DNA of 64,000 nucleotides from Hemiscyllium ocellatum (Eukaryota): the NCBI RefSeq assembly GCF_020745735.1, contig NC_083431.1:26688496-26752495 (forward strand), given 5' to 3'. Under the pieces are notes generated by a model, which worked only from the letters and a program-made list of their open reading frames with translations, did no database searches and was not told the origin of the DNA. The translations under genes and the position numbers were made by a program. This document shows, one piece after another, positions 11,831-23,110 of the stretch (positions within the stretch are counted from its first letter, which is position 1; every line of letters starts with the position of its first letter).

Positions 11831-13566
11831 GTTTCCCGGGGAGGAGGCTGTTTAAACTCTGCTCCTGGGAACATTCCTGTGGAAAACTCTCGTGGGCCAG
11901 AGGGTGGTGTGGAGTCTAGCCTTAATAGCAACCAACAAGGTGACTCCAATTAAAACCATGATAGGGCCAGTGCTGTTCCGCTGTTAGTTTAAAAGGTTCA
12001 ATAAGACCCGATTAACTGGAGAACTTTTATAACTTAAAGTCTGGCAATAGTTAGTCAACAGCTATGGAGAGACGCACTCATGTGAACTTTAATACAAGTT
12101 TGGCTCCTGCTGTCTTTCTTTCGAAATGATGCTGGGGTTTGGTGACCAGTCCATTCCTGAGGGTGCATGTCTCACCTGCCCCAGACGTTTCAAAACGTAT
12201 CTGAACAAATGGCCATTCTTCGTGTGTAGACGAGATGGACTCAAATGTTGCTTTCCTTTTAAAAGCTTTTAACCCTGCATTCACTTGCCCCAAAGACATC
12301 CATTCAAAAACCAATCTAAATCTCTAATCTGGAAGGTCACAGTCTGACACCCCCCCCCCCCCCCCCTTGTCCAGCTCCCAGGTAATCCACAGATGTCCCA
12401 GTTTCAGAATGTCCCAGACTGAAGCTTGGGGTCATGAACTTTGAGCCTGTTTGACAATTAATAGTTGGGATGTTAATTTAGAGGTGAATTCTGTGCACTT
12501 TGTTCACCTGGTGCCTCAGTACCTGTGGGGAAATGGAATGTGTAAGTCATTCCAAGATTATTGTGCTCCCTTTTAAATATGAAAGGTATGCAACAAAGGT
12601 ACATAACCATGAAAGAAGCTTATCAAACTAAATGATATTCCACTCTTGTGACTTTTTAAATATTCTGTAGATTTTTGTCCTGGCCATTGATCACAGATGG
12701 CCTCACGTGACTGCCAGTATATGATTTATTGCATGTTGTCCAAAATGTTTTAATTTCCATTGATTCTATGGACTAAATTTATGCCAGTCCATCTATAGCC
12801 ATTTCAGATTTTTACTATGTGTGGAGATAGTTGATACGTTTGGAGCCGATGAGAGACAAATGCATTCCTTCTACGCCAAAGGCAGAGGCATTACCACTGT
12901 ATCTTAAGAGCCCTTCTATGTATGTGTATAAATAATAAAAGTAGGTGTGAAGTAGTCTTGTGTTTTTTGGTGATATGACGAACATGATAATTAAGTCAGA
13001 CTTGGGTGTTGAAACCTCTTACTGCAATGAGAATAAATCTCAGCAGTTTTGACTAGCCTGTGCCAAGTGTTGGATAACAGTTAAGCAATGAGGTCACCTC
13101 CAGAAAAGGCCAGTTGTTTTAGGTGAGGAGTGGCTTGGGAAGGAATAATAGGATTTTTCACCAAGAAAAGCAATCACATAGGTAGATAAGTAATTTTGTA
13201 ATTTACTGAAGACATGCTCACATTTGAGCTATGCCAGCAGCTGCAACACTTTAGCTCTCAAATAAGAGTGCCTGATAATAACAGTTGCCTGATGTCAAGG
13301 AATGAGCAGCCAGTATTTTGCTATTGTGCAAGTTTTAACCATGATAGCCATTAAGAAATGCTAATTTACTGTGAACTTGGACAGTTAAATTCAAAAGATA
13401 TGGATTTCAGTAAATATAAATTGTTCCATTCACCCATCCAGTTGTCAGTGAACTGTACCAGTTCTTGGTATTTGCCTCTATAGGCATATTTGGGTTAATA
13501 TTTCAATGAAAATGAAATAGCTGATGTCCAGAGTATTATGATCCAATGAGTTTTATCTTTCTTTAG

Positions 13567-13648
13567 CTGAACCAATAGTCCGTGGACTGCTGAGTGAATT
13601 GCCTGAAGGATCTGTCTTCATCTATTGTCAAGTCGGTGACAAGCCATA
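13567..13648 (+). CDS. TXNDC17: TXNDC17 exon 2
   Basis: ttctttag| acceptor; (A)[26 protein letters not shown](Y); TA|gtgagt donor; 82 nt, phase 1 to 2. Confidence 0.97.
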
Positions 13649-14606
13649 GTGAGTTATGTGTTTTTTAACTGTCAAAAAACTTGCTTCCAATTGTTTAGAA
13701 AACATTTCAGTGAACTGAAAACCCAATTCTGTCATCTTTTAAGAGCAAAGTTACATTAGATCATTAGATATTAAACTTAACCTATTATGACAGATTGCCT
13801 AATCAGAATTACATCTTTACTCTGGGTTTCCAATACAGATATTACTTCTACCCAATTCAAATTTAGTCCTAGTTATCCAACTGAACAGCGACGATACAAA
13901 AGATACCAAACAATAATAATGATGGAAAAATTATGTCGCCAAGTGAGATTTGAAAGATGGTGTATAAATAACTTCTGAAATACCTCAGAATCTGGTTATC
14001 TTTGAAATTGGAATTGCTGAGTGAAGTTTAACCTCTTTTTTTTAAGTTAGATGTATTCTTGTGAACTTAATGTAGGTTGGAAATCCCGGTTATGATTTTA
14101 CCTTTGACCCAAGGTGAGTGATGATGTGATGTGTATCTGAACAAACAGTGAACCTTTGTGTATGTGTTTTGTAGACAAGAAGAGCTGAAAATATTGCTAG
14201 GTTCTTAAAAAACCTTCCAACCTGCATTCACTTGCCCCAAAGAGACCAACTCAAAATTAAATCTGAAAGGTCACAGCATGACATTCCTTCAGCAACCCAT
14301 CTCTCCAGTACAATTCCCAGCTAATCAACAATGTCCTAACATCAGCTGCCACTTATCAGTCTGGTTACCAGTGACTACAGCTTTATTGCCCAAAAGCTAT
14401 GGCTCAGCAAACTCTGAGAGGCGATTTCAGACAACTAAATAACTCCAGTGCACTACTACGCAAAATAATATCAAAATTAATCATAAAATCACCGTGGTAA
14501 TCATAAATAGCCTACTCATAGAAAGTAATAATAAATGCATCCTTTGACACCTGTGGTGATGCTTTTCACTGAAGGTAATGCACTTGTTTATTATTTCTCT
14601 GACCAG

Positions 14607-14682
14607 TTGGAAAGACCTTAAAAACGAATTTCGAACGGTTCTGAAAGTGAATGCTGTACCAACTCTCATGAAATATGGCACA
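14607..14682 (+). CDS. TXNDC17: TXNDC17 exon 3
   Basis: ctctgaccag| acceptor; WKDLKNEFRTVLKVNAVPTLMKYGT (contains the thioredoxin-fold VPT cis-Pro motif); ACA|gtgagt donor; 76 nt. Confidence 0.97.
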
Positions 14683-15239
14683 GTGAGTAGAGAATAATCT
14701 TCAAGGCTATTTCTTCCCCTCAGTTTGCTACTTTATTGACCAGATGGGAATTTCTAAGATGCAGCTGCAAACAATGGGAACATAAATTGTATTGAACTTC
14801 AAGTCTTATGTAGATTTTAAGTGTAATCTTTGTTCCACTTTTTGGATTATTTAATTTTGTTTTTGGAATACCGAATGGACTCTTTTTCTTTTCAGATCAT
14901 TCAGCAGATGTAATGTTTGAATTTTCATCTTGGAAACTTTAAAGTTGGGAGCTTGTTTTTGATTAATTGTCCATAGAATTTCTATATTGTTCCCGTGTTT
15001 GTACTGCTCTTTATGAAGAGTTTACAGGATTTCTTTGGGTTACTTTGCCCATTCTTATTCCTGTTGCAAATGCATATCAAGAATTGTTATGCTTAATCTG
15101 ATTTCCTAACAACAGAATTGAAGCGATCTATGGATCGAGATGGTCAAAATGACAAATTCAGTCCAATTAGTTCACACCAGCTCCAAGATATCCTACTACT
15201 AAGGGGAAAGGTTTCTTAAAATCTGTTGGTCATAATTCT

Positions 15240-16230
15240 GTGTACACCTCCATCAGGTCACAATCAGCCTGCGCTGCTCTTAAAACAATTGCAGGCAAAC
15301 TGTCTCTAATCATAACTGAAGCACTCCAGCCCATGCAATATTGTGGGACATCTCCTCTGCACGCTCTCTGGAGCAATAATTTTCTTCTTCTGGAGTGGCA
15401 ACCAGAACTGCAAATAGTAACTCGGCTGGCCTAAAATTGCCCATTGTGTTAAGTGCATTAGTCAGGGGTAAATGTGGTAGGGGAATGGGTCTGGGTGGGT
15501 TACTCTTCAGAGTGTCAGTGTGGATTTGTTGGACCAAATGGTCTGTTTCCATACTGTAGGGAATCTAATTTAATCTAATCTAACCTCTTGCACAGCTCCA
15601 CCATATCCTCTTTTTCCCTTACATGCATGTCCTTGCCTTGGTGCTTTCTCAAAATGCAACTTTTTCCAGATTAATTTTTGCCACTGTTTTTTGCCCATCT
15701 GAACAGACTATATTGTCCTGCAGTCTAAGATTTTCTTCCTCACTATTTACCATGCCAAGAATTTGTCAGCTGTGACGTTACTACATTGTCTCTATCATTA
15801 ATGTACATTACAATGAAAGATCCAGCACCAAACCTTGCTACTGTACACCGGTGTCCAGTCACACAAACAACTTTCCACTGTCACCCTCTGCCTACTGCCA
15901 CTAAACCAATTTTGCATCCAATTTGTTAACCTATCCTGTATCCCATGGACTCTTGCATTCTTGATCAGTCTCCCCATACAAGAGCTTGTCAAAAGCCTCA
16001 CCTCCCACTTTCTATATACCTAATCCCACCTTTCTTTTTAAAAAAAAAATCAAACCAGACATAATCTTCCATTTCAGTCATAATTAACTATTCTTATTTA
16101 GTTCTTGCCTTCAGATTCTGTCCTGCAGATTTTTCCCAAAAATCTCCCTGCTACTGATTTTAGTCTCCCTGTTCATAGTTCCCTGGTTTATCCCTACAAC
16201 CCTTTTGAGTAATGGTAGTAGGTTAGCTGT
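15240..16230 (-). mobile_element. Old CR1-type RT fragment (-) interrupted by a V-SINE 3' part (+, ~15420-15583)
   Basis: Minus-strand remnant VHGIQDRLTNWMQNWFSGSRQRVTVE. The inserted piece matches the SINE 3' half (aaattgcccattgtg...ggtctgtttccatactgtagg...aatctaatctaa). Confidence 0.7.
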
Positions 16231-16499
16231 CCTAAGGGAATTTATTTTAAAAACCAGGCTTCTTGGAAGATGAGGGAAATAGAGATTATGAAAGACATCA
16301 ATGTCAGATGTATTCTACAAATAACAGGTGAAATACAATTGTTGGGGAAAAGCAGTGAGTAAGAATAGAAGTGACAGTTAACATAGGGCAACCCAAAAAA
16401 ACTATTTACATATTGGTAGATGGTGATAAGCTGTAGAAAGGCTTTACCAGGATGAGACCAGGTCAAATACTGAATGAATTAATATCACAGTTTAACCAG

Positions 16500-17190
16500 G
16501 ACAGAATAATTTAACAAAAAACCATAGGCAGAGAGTGGAAGAAATGAAGTGTGAAAATCAAAAGGCAGGCTAGGCTTGATAGCTTGTCATGAAAAGGACA
16601 GGGGGAACTGGAAATAAATGCTTCGGAACTGGGAACAAGCCAGTTTTTAAGATAAGATTCAAATATGGCAAAGTAGACTGGGACTGTCTAGTTGCATTGG
16701 AAGTCTTTCAAAAAAAATTGTGCGGGCCAACACATTCCAATAAAGATGGAAAATGGGGCACGTACAGGGAAATCGGAATGTCGAGGAATGCACAGGATTA
16801 GGATAAGGTAAAAGTAAGGGACTTTTGGGAGATACCAATTGCTCAAAACACCTGAAGCACTTTCTAGATGCCTCTGGGTTAAGAGGCTGGTTGAAAATGA
16901 ACTTAAAGCAAAAAAATCATAAAAGGAAAATCCAATGCTCTTATTTGACTTAAAGGCATTTTGTAAGTATATTGCGGTATGAGTTCAACCAGGCAAAGAA
17001 TAGGGTCCATCCAAAGTAACTAAACAGTTTAAAGAGCCAGAAGACACAAGTGAGGTTTCAAACTCATTTTGCATTTTGTACTCATGATAGAGAAGGAAAA
17101 CGCAAGTTTTGAAATCAGGAAGAAGGATTGTGATCTAAATGGATTATAATCAAGGAGCATTTAGCATGAACAATTTTAGCGGCTTTGAGA
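16500..17190 (+). mobile_element. Highly decayed CR1-type ORF2 fragment (EN-RT linker)
   Basis: Weak resemblance to the CR1 linker region at 44620-45240 (aaggcattttgtaagtatatt...aaagaatagggtcc...). Confidence 0.5.
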
Positions 17191-17646
17191 TAAATATTAG
17201 CCATTGCAGTTAATTTTTCAATTGGTACGGTCATCTTGCACAAGTTTGTCATTTCCTAGCTGTTCGTCAACCTATCCTTTCCACTATTTGGACACAATCT
17301 TTTGCTTCTCAACTCTAACCAAATTGACTGTTCTTTTCCCTGCAATTAATTTCAAGGACATCCTCTCTTCCCAACACAATGCTTTCTCTATTCACTTTAC
17401 TTTATGTCAATCTTTAAAATACAGGGTGTGGATTAAAAAGAAATGAAACTTGATTTGAGTTTGATCATTGTTGGAATAAAGGTGTCACCATGTTGGAAAA
17501 AGTGCCAGAGATGTTTACCTTAAGCACTAGAATAAAGCCAAGAATAAGCCTTTAGCACTGTAAATCACCTGGAAAACTAGGACACTTTTCACAAACAGAA
17601 CTGGATGAATGTTCAATTTCACGAGGGTGTGGACTCTTCTGTATTG

Positions 17647-17822
17647 AAAGTGAGGACTACAGATGCTAAAGATCAGAGCTGGAAAAGGTGTGTTGCTGGA
17701 AAAGCGCAGCAGGTCAGGCAACATCCAAGGAGCAGGAGAAGCATAAGCCCAAAACGTCGATTCTCCTGCTCCTTGGATGTTGCCTGACCTGCTGTGCTTT
17801 TCCAGCAACACACTTTTTTTCA
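17647..17822. mobile_element. Miniature fold-back Penelope-like element (53-bp arms, hammerhead remnant in the loop)
   Basis: Arms 17688-17740 and 17761-17813 are reverse complements with one mismatch; loop GCATAAGCCCAAAACGTCGA. Exact 14-bp flanking direct repeat ACTCTTCTGTATTG (17633-17646, 17823-17836). Confidence 0.85.
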
Positions 17823-18147
17823 ACTCTTCTGTATTGCAAAGGCAAGAGCAGAAAGTTAAACCACCTTTAAAATCATTAGACCATGGAACACTTACTAAAC
17901 TAGCAATTTCAGATGGTATGAAAACAATCATCTGGAGCAAAATTCAAAATGAGCAGTAAAGATGCAAAAGTAAATGAATTTAGCAGCATTAGTGTTCTTG
18001 TTCCTGTAACTACGTAAACCACAATTGTTTAGCTGTTAAAATTAAATGATTTTAAATTTCTAATGAGGAGAGAATTAATTTTTTTTTGGCAAGTTGGTGC
18101 TAATACAAAACTTAATCTTTCAATTTCCAAACTTATTCTTGTTTCAG

Positions 18148-18216
18148 TCCCAAAAGCTGGTGGAATCAGAGCTGTTCAAGCCAAATCTTGTGCAAATGCT
18201 GTTGTCGGAGGATTGA
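18148..18216 (+). CDS. TXNDC17: TXNDC17 exon 4 (terminal, includes TGA)
   Basis: ttcttgtttcag| acceptor; SQKLVESELFKPNLVQMLLSED* (human [22 protein letters not shown]). Total CDS 363 nt = 120 aa + stop. Confidence 0.97.
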   Translation, partial: SQKLVESELFKPNLVQMLLSED

Positions 18217-18596
18217 AAGTTTCTTACTGTACCAGTCACAATCTTCAAAGCAAATGAGAATAAATTTGACTTTTGGTGAAAAAATTAAGTACAACCACAT
18301 TCCGCTATGACTGTCTTGAAGCTTAACATGCAAATGTTATTGGGAGCCCTTCATCAGGTTATGATTTAGTTAGAACATGTGCTAAATTGTTCTTGAATCC
18401 TTTTCAAATGTTCAAAGAATAATGCAAGGGAAATGTAATTGTTATACCACCTTCATGAAATCAGAGCTTGAATTTTCCTGAATGTACAAGATTGTAGAAT
18501 GTATTAAGCTGTGCAAAATTGATAGTTTAACTAACTATTGTCTTTGAATTCTGAATTTAAAATGGAATCAGTTTCAATTAATGATATCCAGTTCCA

Positions 18597-18602
18597 AATA
18601 AA
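18597..18602 (+). terminator. Candidate TXNDC17 poly(A) signal (others at 18259-18264 and 19424-19429)
   Basis: AATAAA followed by a T/GT-rich tract (gtatagtttttttgta). Confidence 0.5.
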
Positions 18603-19432
18603 CTGTATAGTTTTTTTGTAAGAGACTCTGTAAAATTTAGTGTGGAGAATCTTCAATAACTAAAACCTGTTACAAAACAATGGTTCCTTGAAGCAGTATT
18701 TCTTTGGCATTTTTTTCTGGATTTAGCCCTTAAATTAACTTACCTGTAGATGACATTCAACATGGCTGAAGATTTTGCAGATGGATGGATAATCAATTTA
18801 TGCTGATGACTAAAAATCAAAGGCAGTAGAATAACATTTGTGCAATAATGGTTAAGAATTGGAATAGGCTACCTGCATAGGTGGCCAGACTGCATTGGGT
18901 TTCATAACTACCTGAAAAAGGAGCTGGAAGTGGAACTAGGTAAATAAGTTGTCATCACCAGCCACTAAAGGGCTCTAGTGTTAAACAGTGCTCTCTATGG
19001 AGCTATAAGCAAAATCTGGGCACTACCTATACAATAAAGAGCTAATGTTGTCTAGAACCATAATCACTGGATAGATTAGCCCTTTATAACATTAATGGGT
19101 TTGTCTCAAGACGTTTAGTTGACTTCCTGGTAAACCTGAAAGTACTGATGGGGCTTCCTTCCATTTGGCCAATGGAGAAACTGGTGTTTTGTTATAACCT
19201 CAGTTTGAGGCTGTACAATTGGCATGCTTTTCTGCTGCCTGCAGACCTTGTTTCATAATTTGCTTTTAAATTAAAGCAATTGTTGGTCTTAAATTACTCT
19301 AAATGGCCCTAACATCCTAAAAAGGGCTGCCAATAAATAACATACCAAGCAAATTCACAGCAATTTGAAGAGTGGGTCTTATTTGATTCTGGCCTTAACA
19401 GAAGGAATACGTCAATGTCTTAAAATAAAAGC

Positions 19433-19438
19433 TTTATT
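19433..19438 (-). terminator. Candidate RILP poly(A) signal
   Basis: TTTATT on plus (AATAAA on minus), about 145 nt past the RILP stop codon. Confidence 0.6.
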
Positions 19439-19583
19439 AAAAATAGTTTAGTCTTAGTGTAAGAGTTACAATAGTTAATTCCTGTTAGTTGGAAGTGAAT
19501 CTAAAATTTTGTATATTTCAAAGCAGCAAGTAAATCAAGCCATATTGAAAGACTATGTACAGAATTGTTTTCCCCCCTCAGTT

Positions 19584-19710
19584 TTATTCTTTGGTTTGTG
19601 AACATTCCTCATGCAAGTTCACTTCCTTGGGGCCAATGACTTCCCAAGCTTCAGCTGAGGTTGTGGTAGTTGATGTTTTCGCACTGTTACCGCGATAAAG
19701 AAATCCAAAC
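19584..19710 (-). CDS. RILP: RILP exon 8 (terminal, includes TAA)
   Basis: ttttgttcatacag| acceptor, phase 2; (M)FGFLYRGNSAKTSTTTTSAEAWEVIGPKEVNLHEECSQTKE*. Continues the human RILP motif ESKIQSF-FGLWYRG. Confidence 0.9.
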
Positions 19711-21739
19711 CTGTATGAACAAAACATAAGTATGCAACAGGAAGTCAATTATAATAAAGATGCCACCCTCCTCTTGGCTTCCAATCCACATGGTACCATT
19801 CATTTATGTAGAAAAAGTGTGGGTGTTGCTGGTCATGCTATTTAGCATAATGGCACAAGCTCCTCTTCACACGCAGCTGTCTCCTCCAACTGATAACTGA
19901 AGTGCCAAATGGCTATATTTCTCCTTGATCAAGGGACAAAACGGATATAAAAAATAACAGTAGCAGAAACTCATCTTACTTTACTTTGAGCTTGATGATA
20001 GTAAGTAATGTGTATTGTTTTACAAACTGACAGTTTTAAGTCTCAAACTGAATATAAATCAGTCACAATTCAATGGCATCCTGTCCCCGGATTGGAAGTT
20101 TGAAATGCTGGTGAAAAAAAGGTAGAACCTTCAACATGTGCACTGGCAAATTCATATTTCAACCCACTGCATTTTTTTTTTTAAAAAACATTTCATTTCA
20201 AGGCCAGGATGGTTTATCCCCTGTAAATAATTAATACCAGAAAGGCCTGGGACTGCAAACACGTCTTTAAGTTTTGCTTCCCAGGTTGAGTGTGGTACTT
20301 AGCAATACAAGTCAAGAAAGTGCCAGCATCAACTCTTCTTGCAGGCTGAATTACCCAATTTTAGAAAAGGTAAATGTAACCATACAACCGTAAAGCACAG
20401 TACTGGACTGTCTGAAGGTGGTAGAAAAATCTGCCATTTCCTTGCTCTGGATATTCTTTTGACCCCTGGTGAGAAGTTCATATAATATTTTGAAATATTT
20501 GGCTGAGATTACTTTTAATTGGATCATCTGTAGTACAGATACTATACATGCAAGCAGAAAGATTTTAGTAGTAATAACCAGAGGTGAGAGAGACAGGGAA
20601 TTGGAAAGAATGTCTCTCCTCTCAAAAAGTAGTGTTTTAAAGCATAGCAGCCCCATTCAGGTTCCGTGAACTGGAGCCCATATGTAAACCACCTTATACT
20701 TGCTACATATCGACACTTGGACTCTGATTAGCAATAAGAATAGCTGTAGTTAGAAACACAGCTTTATACAGGATATTTTAAAAAAGAACTACACAAATTC
20801 CAGTGTCCAGTTTAAGAACTCTGGTAGGAGGTCAAAAAGCAAAATGCTGCAGTTAAAAAAAAACAAAATAGGTTACAAATACTTAGGTCAGGCCACAATT
20901 ATGCAGAAAATAAGTTGAGTTTCATATTGGAGCATCACGATAATCTGGTTTTGACTAAGTCATTGAAGATTCTATTCAGTCGATCATTCCTTGAAACCAT
21001 AGATGCATTCTTAAAAACAAAAGATGCTTTATGGAAAGGATTATAGTGCATTTGGCTACATTCATGTAGATAATATGATAACATTTTTGGTTTTTACATT
21101 ATCTTAAAGTTGAACATTTTACTTCATTCAGGAAGACACCCAACTGAGAAAGGTTGAGGAATTCCAGATGGACGATAAGTTCTAAATTATCTTGTCTGTC
21201 AGCAAGTGGCATGTCAGGCAATCATAAATTATTTCCTACACAGCCAGACAAATCCAGAAGGGCCACTGTCTAGCAGAACCCACCTGAATTGCATGTGACA
21301 ACTGGTCATGGAGGGATATTGATGGCTGACGTGGGAGAGTCTGAACTCCAGACCATCCCACCCTCTTAGATGGAGAAGGATGTGTGGAAAAGGGTGACCT
21401 GTAAAGCGAGGGATACATAGTGAGTGGGAAATATTAGAAGCTACTTTATTAGTTACACAACAAATGATGTGCAATAATATTTGACTAAAAACTAAACTCT
21501 TAAAAAAGGTTTTCTCAGCTAAAAGAAAATTTACAAATAGGTGAAGTTTTGGCTAACAAATAATGGTTTGAATCCACTTGGATAACCATGGTCTATAGTT
21601 TGCCTCTCATCTGGTGGATGGTACTTAAGATGGTGTGGTGTACTCACTGCTACAGTTATGTATCAGCATAGACAGGCTAAGTGGAACTTTAGTCTGCAGC
21701 CTTCATACATAGGCAAGGTTGTTACTCACTGAACCATGT

Positions 21740-23110
21740 GAAGGACATGGATATAGAGAATGTGGGGAAATAGATAGAGACATCTAGAAAAATGTCAATA
21801 TCACAGAGGACATAGTGCTGGGTGTCTTAAAATAAAAGATGGATGAGTCCCCAGGGCCTGATCAGGTGTACCCTAGAAATGTGGACAGCTACAGAAGTGT
21901 TTGATGGGCCCCTTGCTGAGACATTTGGATCATTGATAGTCACAGTTGAGCTGCCAGAAGACTGGAGCTTGGCTAACGTGGTGCCACTATTTAAGGAAAG
22001 TGGTAAGGACAAGCCAGGGAACTATAGACTGGTGAGCCTGACGTCAGTGGTGGGCAAGTTGGAGGGAATCCTGAGGGACAGGATGTACATGTATTTGGAT
22101 AGTCAACATGGCTTAGCGTGTGGGATATTTTGTCTCATTAGCTTGATGTGAATTTGTTCAAGAAAAGTAATGAATACGATTGATGAGGGAAGAGACGTGA
22201 TAGTGATCTATTTGGACTTCAATAAGGTGGTCGACAAGGATCCTCATGGTAGACTTGTTAGCAAGGTTAGATCACAAGGAATATAGGGACAATTAGCCAT
22301 TTGGTTACAGAACTGGCTCAAAAAGGTAGACAGGAGGCAGTGGTGGATGGTTGCTTTTCAGACTGGAGGTCTGTGACAAGTGGTGTGCTACAAAGATCAG
22401 TGCTGGGTCCAATGCTTTTTGTCATTTTATACAAATGATTTGAATGTGAACATAGGAGGTACAGTTAGTAAGTTTGCAGATGACAGCAAAATTGGAGGTA
22501 TAGTGGACAGCAAAGATTACCTCAGACTGTAATAATGATCTTGATCAGATGGGCCTGTGGACTGAGGAGTGGCAGATGGCACTTAATTTAGATTAATGTG
22601 ATGTGTTGCATTTTGGAAAGGCAAAATCAGAGCAGAACATATGCACTTAAAATGGCACAGTCCTGGGGACGGTTGCTGAACAAAGTGATCTTGGTGCACA
22701 GGTTCATAGTTCCTTAAAAGTGGAGTTGCAGGTAGATAGGATAGTAAGGATAATTGGTGTACTTTCCTTTATTGGAAAAATCGTTGACTTCCCAAGTCCT
22801 ATAGTCATTGTTGCTGCTATACAGAACACTGGGTGCACTGCTTGTCCCCCTCCTATAGGGGGAATGTTTATGAAACTTGAAAAGATTTCAGAAAAGATTT
22901 ACAAGAATGTTGCAAGCGTTTGAGCTGTAGGGAAAGGCTGAATTGGCTGGGGTTGTTTTCACTGGAGCGGAGGGCAAGGGGTAATCTTATAAAAGGCTTA
23001 TAAAATCATGATAGGATAAATATGCAAGGTATTTTCCCTGAAGTAGGGGTACCCTTTAAATTGGTGAGATTCGGTACAAAAGAAATTTTTTTCTTCAGAC
23101 AGAAAAGAAT
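21740..23110 (+). mobile_element. CR1-clade LINE, RT region to 3' end (decayed)
   Basis: ELPEDWSLANVVPLFKESGKDKPGNYRLVSLTSVVGKL, IYLDFNK, SKFADDSK motifs; parallel to the younger copy at 62060-63447. Confidence 0.9.

Noticed and set aside
18214-18600. Selenocysteine readthrough of the TXNDC17 TGA
   Set aside because: The TGA sits at the position of the normal orthologous stop, the active site is Cys-based, and I see no SECIS-like element.
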